From NCBI GenBank assembly GCA_021534775.1, contig GCA_021534775.1_4809.2: 21,206 nt of DNA; one strand, written 5' to 3'. The stretch's first letter is position 1; every line of letters begins with the position of its first letter. This stretch comes from a phage. The notes under the pieces are model-generated. The model was not told the DNA's origin. It made no database searches and worked only from the letters and a program-made list of their open reading frames with translations. The position numbers and the translations under genes are program-made. Shown piece after piece: positions 1 to 7,454 of this stretch.

Positions 1-10
1 CGGCGGCATC

Positions 11-625
11 ATGAACGCGAAAGGGTACGGCATGGTGAAGGCGATGAAATATATCGAAGCGCGTGAAGCCGGAACCTTAACGCAAAAGCAGAAGGATGCA
101 TTGGCCAATGCTGAAGTTAAATATGGCGACCTGACAGAGATGCACACAAAGTTCGGATGGGCATATAATGACCCTTATCTGATTGGCGTGACGTCCGGCG
201 CTTCAATACGCCAGATGAAGGAAGTCGGTGATGACGAGCGCGCAATAGTAATCGGCAAGTTGACAAAGAAAGTGCTTGCGGACGAGAACGAAGCAACACG
301 CATCCGTAAACGACTTGAGCGCGGCATCTATACAAAGCACGGCAAGCTTAAAAAGGGTCTTCAAGCTGATGGCCGCTACGCAGAGTTTGACCAGTACGGG
401 AACAAGCTTGAGACTCAGTTCATCGACCTTATGTGCAAGGATGACTCGACCGACTCGCCAATGCGCTTCAGGATTCGTCCAGAGAAGTTCCAGAAGTACG
501 GGAAGTACATCGCTGAAAACGTCGGGAACGGCGCATTCTTCCTGATGAAAGGTCGTAAGCTTGAAGGCATTGACATGTTCATCGTTGACGTGATCAAACA
601 GGTGTATCCAGATGGCAACAAATAA
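11..625 (+). CDS. hypothetical phage protein, possibly 5'-truncated by the window edge
   Basis: 204-codon ORF from the first ATG at 11; the reading frame is open back to nt 2, so the true start may lie upstream of the window. Its 3' end overlaps the next gene by 14 nt. No recognisable motif. Confidence 0.55.
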   Translation: MNAKGYGMVKAMKYIEAREAGTLTQKQKDALANAEVKYGDLTEMHTKFGWAYNDPYLIGVTSGASIRQMKEVGDDERAIVIGKLTKKVLADENEATRIRKRLERGIYTKHGKLKKGLQADGRYAEFDQYGNKLETQFIDLMCKDDSTDSPMRFRIRPEKFQKYGKYIAENVGNGAFFLMKGRKLEGIDMFIVDVIKQVYPDGNK

Positions 626-1034
626 CCGTGAGCAGAAATACATATTCGTGCCTTTGAAGAAGCATTCAGAATCGGTATTGAAGCTTCAACGAATCGAGTC
701 GATGACTGGTGATGGCGTGCCGGACGTAATCGGCACCAACCGGAAAGGGCGCGGCTTTTGGCTTGAAATGAAGTTCTTTGAATCGTGGCCTGCAAGGGCC
801 ACCACTGCACCTTTCAGAAATGCATTTGAGAAAGGCCAATGCAGCTTTCTTTCTTCGTGGAATGATTGGAAATACCCATCATTTGTTCTGCTTAAGGTTG
901 ATTCTGAGAAGATGTTTTATTTAGTCCACCCTTCTATTGAATTAAAGCGTTATAATACTGCAGACGTTCAACGTGAGATAATCGTGAAGGGAACTATTCA
1001 TCACATCATCAAGTATTTAGAGGAATTGTCATGA
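612..1034 (+). CDS. VRR-NUC / PD-(D/E)xK-like nuclease
   Basis: The translation contains GVPDVIG followed about 15 residues later by GFWLEMKF, i.e. a PD...E-x-K arrangement typical of VRR-NUC and restriction-endonuclease-fold nucleases. A GGTG ribosome-binding site precedes the ATG. The stop overlaps the start of the helicase gene (ATGA). Confidence 0.6.
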   Translation: MATNNREQKYIFVPLKKHSESVLKLQRIESMTGDGVPDVIGTNRKGRGFWLEMKFFESWPARATTAPFRNAFEKGQCSFLSSWNDWKYPSFVLLKVDSEKMFYLVHPSIELKRYNTADVQREIIVKGTIHHIIKYLEELS

Positions 1035-2554
1035 AAACACAAGGAATGCGCCACCAATTATTGGCGCTTGATAAAGCAGGCCGCAGAAAATACTTTGCCT
1101 ATTTCATGGAACAGGGTCTTGGTAAAACATGGACCGCTTTGGCAGAATTTGAAAAGCACTTCACCGCTGGCGCGTTTGATGCCATGGTTGTTATTGCTCC
1201 AAACGGTGTCCACTCAAACTGGATTCGTCGTGAAGCGCCAGAGCACCTTTCCATCAAGTGGATTGGGCATTACTGGCGCGGCAATGACAAGATGAAGACT
1301 AAAAAGGGCAAGGCGCTTTGGGAGAAGATGTTTGCTGATCACTACCCTGAAGGCGAAGTGCCTGCGCGCATCTTCTCATTCAACATTGACACCGTCAACA
1401 CACCAGTCGGTTATCAACACATTGAGTCGGTCTTGAAGAAATACCGCTGTTTGATGATCATTGATGAATCGACGCGTATCAAAAATAACACAGCCAAACG
1501 CTCCATCAAGGTTGTGGAATTGGGACGGCTGGCAAAGGCCCGTCGAATCCTTTCTGGTACGCCGCTGCCACGCTCGCCTGCTGATATTTACATGCAATAT
1601 CACTTCCTTGAAGCTGGCTTGCTTGGCACCAAATCGTTCCGTGCATTCAACTCTGAATTCACAGTTCTACTTGAAGCGCACGACCCAGAGATGCAGGCCA
1701 TTCTCAAGAAAATCGGCGGCAACGGTTATGGCATTCCGCAAGTGCCGCGCAAAGACCAGTTTGGTCGACCGATGTACAAAAACCTTGACAAGCTTATCCG
1801 GCTGATGGAGCCGCACTATTTCCGCGCGACAAAAGCGGAATACTTGCCGGACCTTCCAGAGAAGGTGTACAAGTTTATCGACTTCGAGTTGTCGCCTAAG
1901 CAGCGCGATGTCTACGATGAACTCAAGAATGAGTACAACTATCTGATGGAGTACAAAGGCGAAGAAGAAAACGTTAAGTTTGAGATGATCGCATCTCGCA
2001 CTAAGATGAAGCAGGTGACATCAGGCTTTGTTAAGGTGTATGATGAGATGGTCTACATGGAAGACAACCCACGATTCACGGCCTTTAAGGATTATGTGGA
2101 AGGGGTGCTGGAAGACGACCCAGGGCGCAAATTCATTGTTTGGGCCATCTTCAAGGAAGAGATGAACCAGATTAAGGATTGGCTTGAGTCTGAAGGCGTG
2201 GTCACTGGTGTATACAACGGTGAAACGTCAAAAGAGCAGCGAGAGTTCTTGATTGATGACTTCCAGAAAAACACAGTCGAGAACGGTGGAACACAAGTCT
2301 TGGTTTGCCACGCTGCAGCGGCAGGCATCGGAATCACGCTTACCGCCGCCGACTTGGCAATCTATTATTCTTGCAACTATGACAACGAGTTGCGCAAGCA
2401 ATCCGAAGACCGAAATCACCGCATCGGCACCAAATCAAGCGTGTTGTATGTTGATTTTATTGGGGTTGATACCATCGACGAAGAAATTCAGCGTTCACTG
2501 AGTATGAAGTCCATGCTTGCTGATCACATCCTCGACGGCAAAAAGATGAATTAA
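1031..2554 (+). CDS. SNF2-family (DEAD/DEAH-like) helicase
   Basis: The translation shows SNF2 motif I (MEQGLGKT), motif II (DESTRIKN, DExH-type), motif III (LSGTPLPRSPADIYMQYHFL) and C-terminal helicase motifs (GIGITLTAADLAIYY, QSEDRNHRIG). A GAGGA ribosome-binding site lies 7 nt upstream. Confidence 0.85.
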   Translation: MKTQGMRHQLLALDKAGRRKYFAYFMEQGLGKTWTALAEFEKHFTAGAFDAMVVIAPNGVHSNWIRREAPEHLSIKWIGHYWRGNDKMKTKKGKALWEKMFADHYPEGEVPARIFSFNIDTVNTPVGYQHIESVLKKYRCLMIIDESTRIKNNTAKRSIKVVELGRLAKARRILSGTPLPRSPADIYMQYHFLEAGLLGTKSFRAFNSEFTVLLEAHDPEMQAILKKIGGNGYGIPQVPRKDQFGRPMYKNLDKLIRLMEPHYFRATKAEYLPDLPEKVYKFIDFELSPKQRDVYDELKNEYNYLMEYKGEEENVKFEMIASRTKMKQVTSGFVKVYDEMVYMEDNPRFTAFKDYVEGVLEDDPGRKFIVWAIFKEEMNQIKDWLESEGVVTGVYNGETSKEQREFLIDDFQKNTVENGGTQVLVCHAAAAGIGITLTAADLAIYYSCNYDNELRKQSEDRNHRIGTKSSVLYVDFIGVDTIDEEIQRSLSMKSMLADHILDGKKMN

Positions 2555-2567
2555 TATCAAAAATAAT

Positions 2568-2596
2568 TTGACTTGTCATGGAAGATGAGTCATAAT
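2568..2596 (+). promoter_or_regulatory. sigma70-like promoter candidate (TTGACT, 17-nt spacer, CATAAT)
   Basis: TTGACT at 2568-2573 and CATAAT at 2591-2596 are separated by exactly 17 nt, in the 74-nt gap after the helicase stop and before the ORF at 2629. Read directly from the sequence. Confidence 0.4.
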
Positions 2597-2628
2597 TACT
2601 TCATCGAAACGAAACAGAGGAATACAAA

Positions 2629-2892
2629 ATGGTGCGCATCCTTGAACGTTACAAAAATGAAGCCACTGGCGCAATCGCTTTCAAACGTCTTTTGGTCAAA
2701 GAAATTGACGGGGTGTTCCGCGTTGTTAAAGAGTTTGATTATGGCAACGGTGCTGGGGTGAATACCGTTATTATGCCTGGCATCAAGGCATATAAAACCT
2801 TAAAAGGCGCTGAGAAGGCTTTGGCGGCTTGGAAACCTGAACGTTATCAAATGACCCGTGTTGAAGGGCTAATGCAAGAAGGTAAAATATGA
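2629..2892 (+). CDS. hypothetical protein (87 aa)
   Basis: ORF with an AGAGGA ribosome-binding site 6-7 nt upstream of the ATG; the stop overlaps the next start (ATGA). No recognisable motif. Confidence 0.55.
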   Translation: MVRILERYKNEATGAIAFKRLLVKEIDGVFRVVKEFDYGNGAGVNTVIMPGIKAYKTLKGAEKALAAWKPERYQMTRVEGLMQEGKI

Positions 2893-3446
2893 GCAATATT
2901 AATTGGGAAGATGATTTGCCGCAGGTTGCTCCTGAGAGCATTCAAGAGCGCCTTGCGCGCTTAGTGTCTGAACTGGCAGAACGCCAAGAAGCTTTGACAG
3001 AGCTTGAAGATGAAGCTGATATGCAAAAGCAGCGCATCAGCGAAATCAAAACTGTTCTGCTTCCTGGCGTTATGGATGAGCTTGGCGTGTCCGAAATCAA
3101 GCTTGAGGACAAGACCAAAATCAAGGTCGAGTCCAAGGTGAATGCTTCGATCAAGAAAGAAAACGAATTAAAAGTTTTCGATTGGCTTGTCAACAACGGT
3201 TACGGCGGCCTGATCAAGTCCAGCGTCACGGCTGAGTTCGGTCGCGAAGAAATCGAACAGGCGCAAGAGATTGTTGCCGCGCTGCGTGAAGATGGTGTTG
3301 AAGCCACACTGAAACAAGGCGTTCATTCTGCTACACTGAAGTCCTTTGTAAAAGAACAGCTGGAAGCAGGCAATCCAGTTAGTGAAGATATTAGCGTTTT
3401 TGAATACAAAGAAGCTAAAATAACCTTGCCTAAAAGCAAAAAGTAA
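2889..3446 (+). CDS. hypothetical acidic coiled-coil protein (185 aa)
   Basis: Translationally coupled to the upstream ORF. The N-terminal half is Glu/Leu/Lys-rich and heptad-like (ERLARLVSELAERQEALTELEDEADMQKQRISEIK). Function unknown. Confidence 0.55.
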   Translation: MSNINWEDDLPQVAPESIQERLARLVSELAERQEALTELEDEADMQKQRISEIKTVLLPGVMDELGVSEIKLEDKTKIKVESKVNASIKKENELKVFDWLVNNGYGGLIKSSVTAEFGREEIEQAQEIVAALREDGVEATLKQGVHSATLKSFVKEQLEAGNPVSEDISVFEYKEAKITLPKSKK

Positions 3447-3505
3447 TTTAACCTTTATCTTGAAATCAGGTTGCCACAAAACTTGATACTATAGGAAAAT
3501 ATCAA

Positions 3506-4366
3506 ATGTCTAAGAAAGAAACTACCGAAGTTGCAGTGAAAAACACCCAGATGTCCGCTATGGCTGATTTTGTCGACATGACCGATTTTGGCGCTGGTTT
3601 TGAAGGTGCCGATGCCGATGCGTATGCCATTCCTTTTATCGTCGTGCTGCAGAAGATGTCTCCTATGGTCGACGAAGATGATCCAAAACACGTTCCTGGC
3701 GCAAAAGCTGGCATGCTTTACAACACCGTTACTGGTGAGTTGTATGACGGTAAGAAAGGCGTGCAGATCATCCCTTGCGCATTCAAACGCACCTTCATTC
3801 TTTGGGGCGGTCGCGAGTCCGACGATAAAGGCTTTAAAGGTGAATTTACCAAAGAGCACGTTGATGCAGAAGTCGCGGCAGGCCGCGCTGTTGAGATCAA
3901 TGGTAAAGTGTTTGTGCCGGACGAAAACGGAAAAGTGCACGAGAAGAAATCACCTTACTACGCAGATACACGTAACCACTTCGTGATTCTGTTAAACGAA
4001 GAAACGGGTGAATTTGGCAGTGCCATGCTGTCTTTGACTTCTTCGATGATCAAGCCGTCTCGTATGCTGATGACCGCGCTGCAGCAGAAGAAAGTTCAGA
4101 CTCCGCAAGGTCTGAAAACGCCGCCGACCTTTATGAACATCGTTCGCATGGGTACTGCATCCCAGTCCAAAGACGGCAACACCTGGTCCGTTCTGAAGTT
4201 TGAGCTGGAAGGTCTGGTGCAGGACAAAGGCCTGTACGAAGTCGCCAAGGCATTCCACAACGATGTGGTTGGCGGCAACGTTAACATCGACCGCAGCAAG
4301 CAAGAAGAAGCAAGCGGTGCCGCTGGTCCTGTCGATGCGACTCCGACCGACGCAGAAGAGTTTTAA
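3506..4366 (+). CDS. putative ssDNA-binding protein (acidic C-terminal tail ending in Phe, T7 gp2.5-like architecture); function unproven
   Basis: 286-aa ORF with an AGGAAAA ribosome-binding site. The C-terminus is ...SGAAGPVDATPTDAEEF; an acidic tail with a terminal aromatic residue is a hallmark of phage and bacterial SSBs. The assignment is by architecture only; no OB-fold motif was verified. Confidence 0.45.
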   Translation: MSKKETTEVAVKNTQMSAMADFVDMTDFGAGFEGADADAYAIPFIVVLQKMSPMVDEDDPKHVPGAKAGMLYNTVTGELYDGKKGVQIIPCAFKRTFILWGGRESDDKGFKGEFTKEHVDAEVAAGRAVEINGKVFVPDENGKVHEKKSPYYADTRNHFVILLNEETGEFGSAMLSLTSSMIKPSRMLMTALQQKKVQTPQGLKTPPTFMNIVRMGTASQSKDGNTWSVLKFELEGLVQDKGLYEVAKAFHNDVVGGNVNIDRSKQEEASGAAGPVDATPTDAEEF

Positions 4367-4385
4367 TCGACAATCAAATCAACAA

Positions 4386-4410
4386 GGCTGCCGATTGGCG
4401 GCCTTTTATT
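4386..4410 (+). terminator. rho-independent terminator candidate
   Basis: GGCTGCC / GGCGGCC stem (7 bp, one G-U pair) with a 4-nt loop, followed by TTTTATTTAT, 20 nt after the stop of the 3506-4366 ORF. Confidence 0.5.
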
Positions 4411-4423
4411 TATCTGGTGCATC

Positions 4424-4942
4424 ATGATAGAAAGAATTGTACCGCTCCTGAAGATTCTGGCCCTTGTTGGCGCGTTTGCCGCTGGATCATACGTTGAAGA
4501 CCTGCAGCAAACCAACGCATCACTGGTCAAGGATAACCAATATCTGACATCGCTTAATGAGCGTAAGGACAAGATAAATGCACTCGAAGAGCAAATTGCA
4601 TCTTTACAGGTTGAATCGGCATCGGCATATGAGAAAGGTCGCCAGGAAGCGCAACTGGTTGCTGATGACACTATTGCTCGTTACAAGTCTGGGAATATCA
4701 GGCTGCGCGCGCAACTCAGCTGCTCCCGTGAGTTACTCAGGAGCGTGCCCGACTCTGCGACCACTGGACGCCTCTCTATCCCAGAAGGAAACTGTGGACT
4801 ATCAGAAGAAGATGTCAGATTTCTTGTTCAGTTCGCCGCAGAAACAAACCGATTAAAAGAGAAAGTTAATAGCTTGATTGATACTTATAATCAGGCTAAA
4901 ATAAAAATCGATCAATTCAACGCATCAAAGGAAAATAAATGA
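4424..4942 (+). CDS. i-spanin (Rz-like inner-membrane spanin subunit)
   Basis: The translation has an N-terminal transmembrane segment (IVPLLKILALVGAFAAGSYV) followed by a coiled-coil-rich periplasmic region and a segment GNIRLRAQLSCSRELL...RLSIPEGN...VRFLVQFAAETNRLKEK, which resembles the lambda Rz pattern (RRLHIKAVC...). A lipoprotein ORF is embedded in the +1 frame. Confidence 0.8.
   Translation: MIERIVPLLKILALVGAFAAGSYVEDLQQTNASLVKDNQYLTSLNERKDKINALEEQIASLQVESASAYEKGRQEAQLVADDTIARYKSGNIRLRAQLSCSRELLRSVPDSATTGRLSIPEGNCGLSEEDVRFLVQFAAETNRLKEKVNSLIDTYNQAKIKIDQFNASKENK
4629..4856 (+). CDS. o-spanin (Rz1-like outer-membrane lipoprotein), embedded in the +1 frame of the i-spanin gene
   Basis: From the internal ATG at 4629 the translation is MRKVARKRNWLLMTLLLVTSLGISG-C..., i.e. 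a basic n-region, hydrophobic core and a lipobox (I-S-G-C). The mature part is short, contains Pro residues and a second Cys. The track ORF begins at 4578, but the ATG at 4629 gives a canonical lipoprotein signal; the ATG at 4665 is an alternative. Confidence 0.7.
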   Translation: MRKVARKRNWLLMTLLLVTSLGISGCARNSAAPVSYSGACPTLRPLDASLSQKETVDYQKKMSDFLFSSPQKQTD

Positions 4943-5532
4943 ACCAGATTTATGCAAACATTCGCCAGTGGGCTTCTGACCGTAACATCATCCAAGGTTG
5001 CGACATTAAAGACCAATATCCGAAGCTTATCAGCGAGTTTGGGGAGTTAACCGACCACGTTGATCAACTCCATGACCTTGTGTTCTTCGACCCTGAAATT
5101 GGATATGCAGAGCAGGCTATCTGTGACTTGCAGGCCGCAATTAAAGACGACATCGGTGATTGTCTTGTTGTGTTGACCATCCTGGCAGCGCAAAACGGTA
5201 CTGAAATCGAAAACATTAATGGCGGCGGTTGCGCTGATAAAGGCGCTCACCCTCACTCATTTATTCTTCGCCTGGCAAAGACCCTTGGACGGCTTGGTGA
5301 TGCTATTGCTAAGAATCAGACCATGGATATTGACGTTACCATCATGGCCGCAGTCGATTACCTTTCCGGCGTTGCTCATGATTATGGCCTTCGCTTATCC
5401 GACTGTGCGCAAGCGGCCTACGAAGACATCAAGGACCGCAAAGGTGTCATGTACAACGGCACATTCATCAAATCGACTGATCAGGCTTATGCCTATGCAA
5501 TGGAACAAGTAATGAATGAGGGGCGCGCGTGA
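4939..5532 (+). CDS. MazG-like nucleoside triphosphate pyrophosphohydrolase
   Basis: The translation contains LISEFGELTDHV (an E-x-G-E-L type MazG metal-binding helix) and a downstream DDIGDCLVVLTILAAQNGTEIE helix resembling the second MazG motif. The start overlaps the spanin stop (ATGA). Confidence 0.55.
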   Translation: MNQIYANIRQWASDRNIIQGCDIKDQYPKLISEFGELTDHVDQLHDLVFFDPEIGYAEQAICDLQAAIKDDIGDCLVVLTILAAQNGTEIENINGGGCADKGAHPHSFILRLAKTLGRLGDAIAKNQTMDIDVTIMAAVDYLSGVAHDYGLRLSDCAQAAYEDIKDRKGVMYNGTFIKSTDQAYAYAMEQVMNEGRA

Positions 5533-6506
5533 TGGCAGGAGAAATCAAAGCATTAAAGCCAATGAAGGGTTGTCAACGTAAGCAAATCATCGAGCGCGGC
5601 GAAGATGTGCCGCTGCCTTGCGGATTGTCATTCAAGGTCGATGGCATACGTGCAATGGCGTATGACAACTTGCCAATGGGCACTTCCGGCATGGCGCTGC
5701 GCAACATTCAAATCAAAAAAGAGTTTCTCTTTTTGGGTGAACTAATTCACGGACTTGATGGAGAGCTAATCGACGGCAATCCAAATGATAAGAACGTCAT
5801 GCAACAGGCATATACTGCGTGCATGAATACTGATGCAATCACTAACTTTACATGGTGGGTGTTTGATGATTTCAGCGACCCTGATTTGCCTTTCTCTGCT
5901 CGTTATGAGCAGTACAATCGACGTGTTGCTGAAGTCAATCAGCATCTTATTAACCATGGTCGACGCCCATTCCTTCGCGCTCTCGAATATCGAAACATCG
6001 AAAATATGGAACAGTACGCGGCGATGCAAATCGAAGCGGACCAGCTTGGATATGAAGGCTTGTATGGCAAGTCTTGGACGGGCAAATACAAGCATGGCCG
6101 CGCAACGCCCAAGTCACGTGATGTATGGAAGGACAAGCCGTGGACGGATGAAGAGGGATTGATCATAGACTTCGTTGAGATGATGGAGAATAACAACGAA
6201 GCATTCATTGACGAATTGGGTCGCACCAAGCGTTCAAAAGAAGCTGAAGGTTTAGTTGCGAAAGGATACCTTGGCTCATTCGTAGTTGTCAATCCTAAGT
6301 ATGTGGATGAGAAAGGTGAAATGATTCCTTTCCGCGTCTCGGCTGGTTCGATGCCTATGGCAGAACGTAAAATGCTTTGGGAAAATCGCGAGGACTATCG
6401 CAATAAATACCTGACGTATAAATTCTTTAACTTTGGCATTGTCGATGTGCCGCGCTCTGCTTTGTATAAGTGCTTCCGTGATATTACCGATATGGAGTAT
6501 TTTTAA
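5532..6506 (+). CDS. ATP-dependent DNA ligase (covalent nucleotidyltransferase superfamily)
   Basis: The translation shows motif I KVDGIR (KxDGxR), motif III LDGELIDG, motif IV EGLYGK and a WKDK motif V-like element. The ATG at 5532 overlaps the MazG stop and is preceded by GAGGGG; the track ORF starts at the GTG at 5529. RNA ligase or capping enzyme cannot be fully excluded without alignment. Confidence 0.7.
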   Translation: MAGEIKALKPMKGCQRKQIIERGEDVPLPCGLSFKVDGIRAMAYDNLPMGTSGMALRNIQIKKEFLFLGELIHGLDGELIDGNPNDKNVMQQAYTACMNTDAITNFTWWVFDDFSDPDLPFSARYEQYNRRVAEVNQHLINHGRRPFLRALEYRNIENMEQYAAMQIEADQLGYEGLYGKSWTGKYKHGRATPKSRDVWKDKPWTDEEGLIIDFVEMMENNNEAFIDELGRTKRSKEAEGLVAKGYLGSFVVVNPKYVDEKGEMIPFRVSAGSMPMAERKMLWENREDYRNKYLTYKFFNFGIVDVPRSALYKCFRDITDMEYF

Positions 6507-6579
6507 GACACTGGATAAATAATTGGTGCGGATAATCTATCGCGCCGTTTTATAGAATTAAATCTACAGTGTATACATA

Positions 6580-6610
6580 AAGCCGGAAATTCCCGGCTTT
6601 TCTTTTATTT
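6580..6610 (+). terminator. rho-independent terminator candidate
   Basis: GCCGG...CCGGC hairpin (about 6582-6597) followed by TTTTCTTTTATTT, downstream of the ligase stop. Confidence 0.45.
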
Positions 6611-6623
6611 ACCTTTCGCCTTA

Positions 6624-6651
6624 TTTACTTTCAAAACCTTCGGCCTATACT
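6624..6651 (+). promoter_or_regulatory. sigma70-like promoter candidate (TTTACT, 16-nt spacer, TATACT)
   Basis: The hexamers were read from the sequence between the upstream terminator and the ORF at 6683. A ribosome-binding site AAAAGGTGA lies 7 nt upstream of the ATG. The -35 match is weak. Confidence 0.3.
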
Positions 6652-6682
6652 ATTAATATTCGTAATCAAAAGGTGAATTATA

Positions 6683-7225
6683 ATGAAATCGAAAAACTTA
6701 AAGATTGTTTTGATCATCATCATGGCTATGCTGACAGTTTTGTTCTTCACCAAAAGTGCTGCGGCTGAAAGTATGTTTACGCCGCCAAACAGTAATGCAA
6801 AAGTATTAACGCGATATTTTAACAACGGCCAATCGTTCGAATTTTGCTGGAACAAATACGATGTGATAAAGGAAAGGTTTGACAAGGAAAAGATGTGCGT
6901 AATGAATGATCGCGGTCGCCAAGTCGTGTCGTTTGTGTTCGGAATGTCAATTGCAAAAGTTGATGCCCCTGAAATCGTTGTCAGGTATAATACATTGGAC
7001 AGCGGCCTTGTCGACAAGACATACCCTGTTGCAGTAGACAGCAGGACAGGCGGCGCACTCATACTCACTCCAGAAGATAAATCAGATGTCGTTAACATGC
7101 TCATCAACAGCAAAGACGTAATCGTGTTTTATCATGTTGAAGGCGTATCAGACTACCAAATGGCCTACTATCCACTGCCCTTAAGAGATGCTTCAGGTAA
7201 TGTTAAGACACAGGATGTGCGTTGA
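6683..7225 (+). CDS. secreted or periplasmic protein of unknown function (Sec-type signal peptide)
   Basis: The N-terminus MKSKNLKIVLIIIMAMLTVLFFTKSAAA-ES has a basic n-region, a hydrophobic core and an AxA cleavage site. No lipobox. The mature part has two Cys. No recognisable family. Confidence 0.65.
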   Translation: MKSKNLKIVLIIIMAMLTVLFFTKSAAAESMFTPPNSNAKVLTRYFNNGQSFEFCWNKYDVIKERFDKEKMCVMNDRGRQVVSFVFGMSIAKVDAPEIVVRYNTLDSGLVDKTYPVAVDSRTGGALILTPEDKSDVVNMLINSKDVIVFYHVEGVSDYQMAYYPLPLRDASGNVKTQDVR

Positions 7226-7239
7226 CATGGGTGGTAGTT

Positions 7240-7452
7240 ATGCAGAAAGATTTGGAAGAAAACAAAAGGCTGAAAAAGGCTTTAACGTCTCAAATCTTGT
7301 CCCTGTTGGTAAAGCTTGTTGGGGAGTCAATTAGCAACAAGGTGGCACGGGCCGCGATTGTTGGCGTGATTGGCATGGCGGGGTATTACTTCGACTTGCC
7401 AGACATCGATACAAGTTCCGCGCCGCCCGTCCAGGTTGAAGCCGTAAAATAA
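7240..7452 (+). CDS. small membrane protein (70 aa), function unknown; possible lysis or exclusion component
   Basis: The ATG at 7240 is preceded by GGTGG; the track ORF starts at a TTG at 7222. The translation has a charged N-terminus, hydrophobic segments ILSLLVKLVG and AAIVGVIGMAGYYF, and an acidic C-terminus. Confidence 0.45.
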   Translation: MQKDLEENKRLKKALTSQILSLLVKLVGESISNKVARAAIVGVIGMAGYYFDLPDIDTSSAPPVQVEAVK

Positions 7453-7454
7453 AC

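Noticed and set aside
203-810. Minus-strand ORFs (203-643 and 415-810) overlapping the first + strand genes
   Set aside because: They lie antisense to ORFs with ribosome-binding sites and recognisable motifs. Their translations are Cys/Arg/Ser-rich and low in complexity, typical of shadow ORFs.
3447-3505. Sigma70 promoter in the gap upstream of the 286-aa gene
   Set aside because: TTGAAA, TTGCCA and TACTAT-like hexamers are present, but no pair has 16-18 nt spacing, so no promoter is called.
3455-3940. Minus-strand 161-aa ORF opposite the 286-aa gene
   Set aside because: Antisense shadow ORF with no ribosome-binding site. It would break the otherwise uniform + strand organisation of the early block.
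4578-4664. Using the first ATG at 4578 as the o-spanin start
   Set aside because: It would add a 17-residue, highly basic extension ahead of the signal peptide. The ATG at 4629 gives a canonical lipoprotein signal, so 4629 is preferred, with 4665 as an alternative.
6631-7113. Minus-strand 160-aa ORF opposite the signal-peptide protein gene
   Set aside because: The + strand ORF has a canonical signal peptide and a ribosome-binding site; the antisense ORF has neither.
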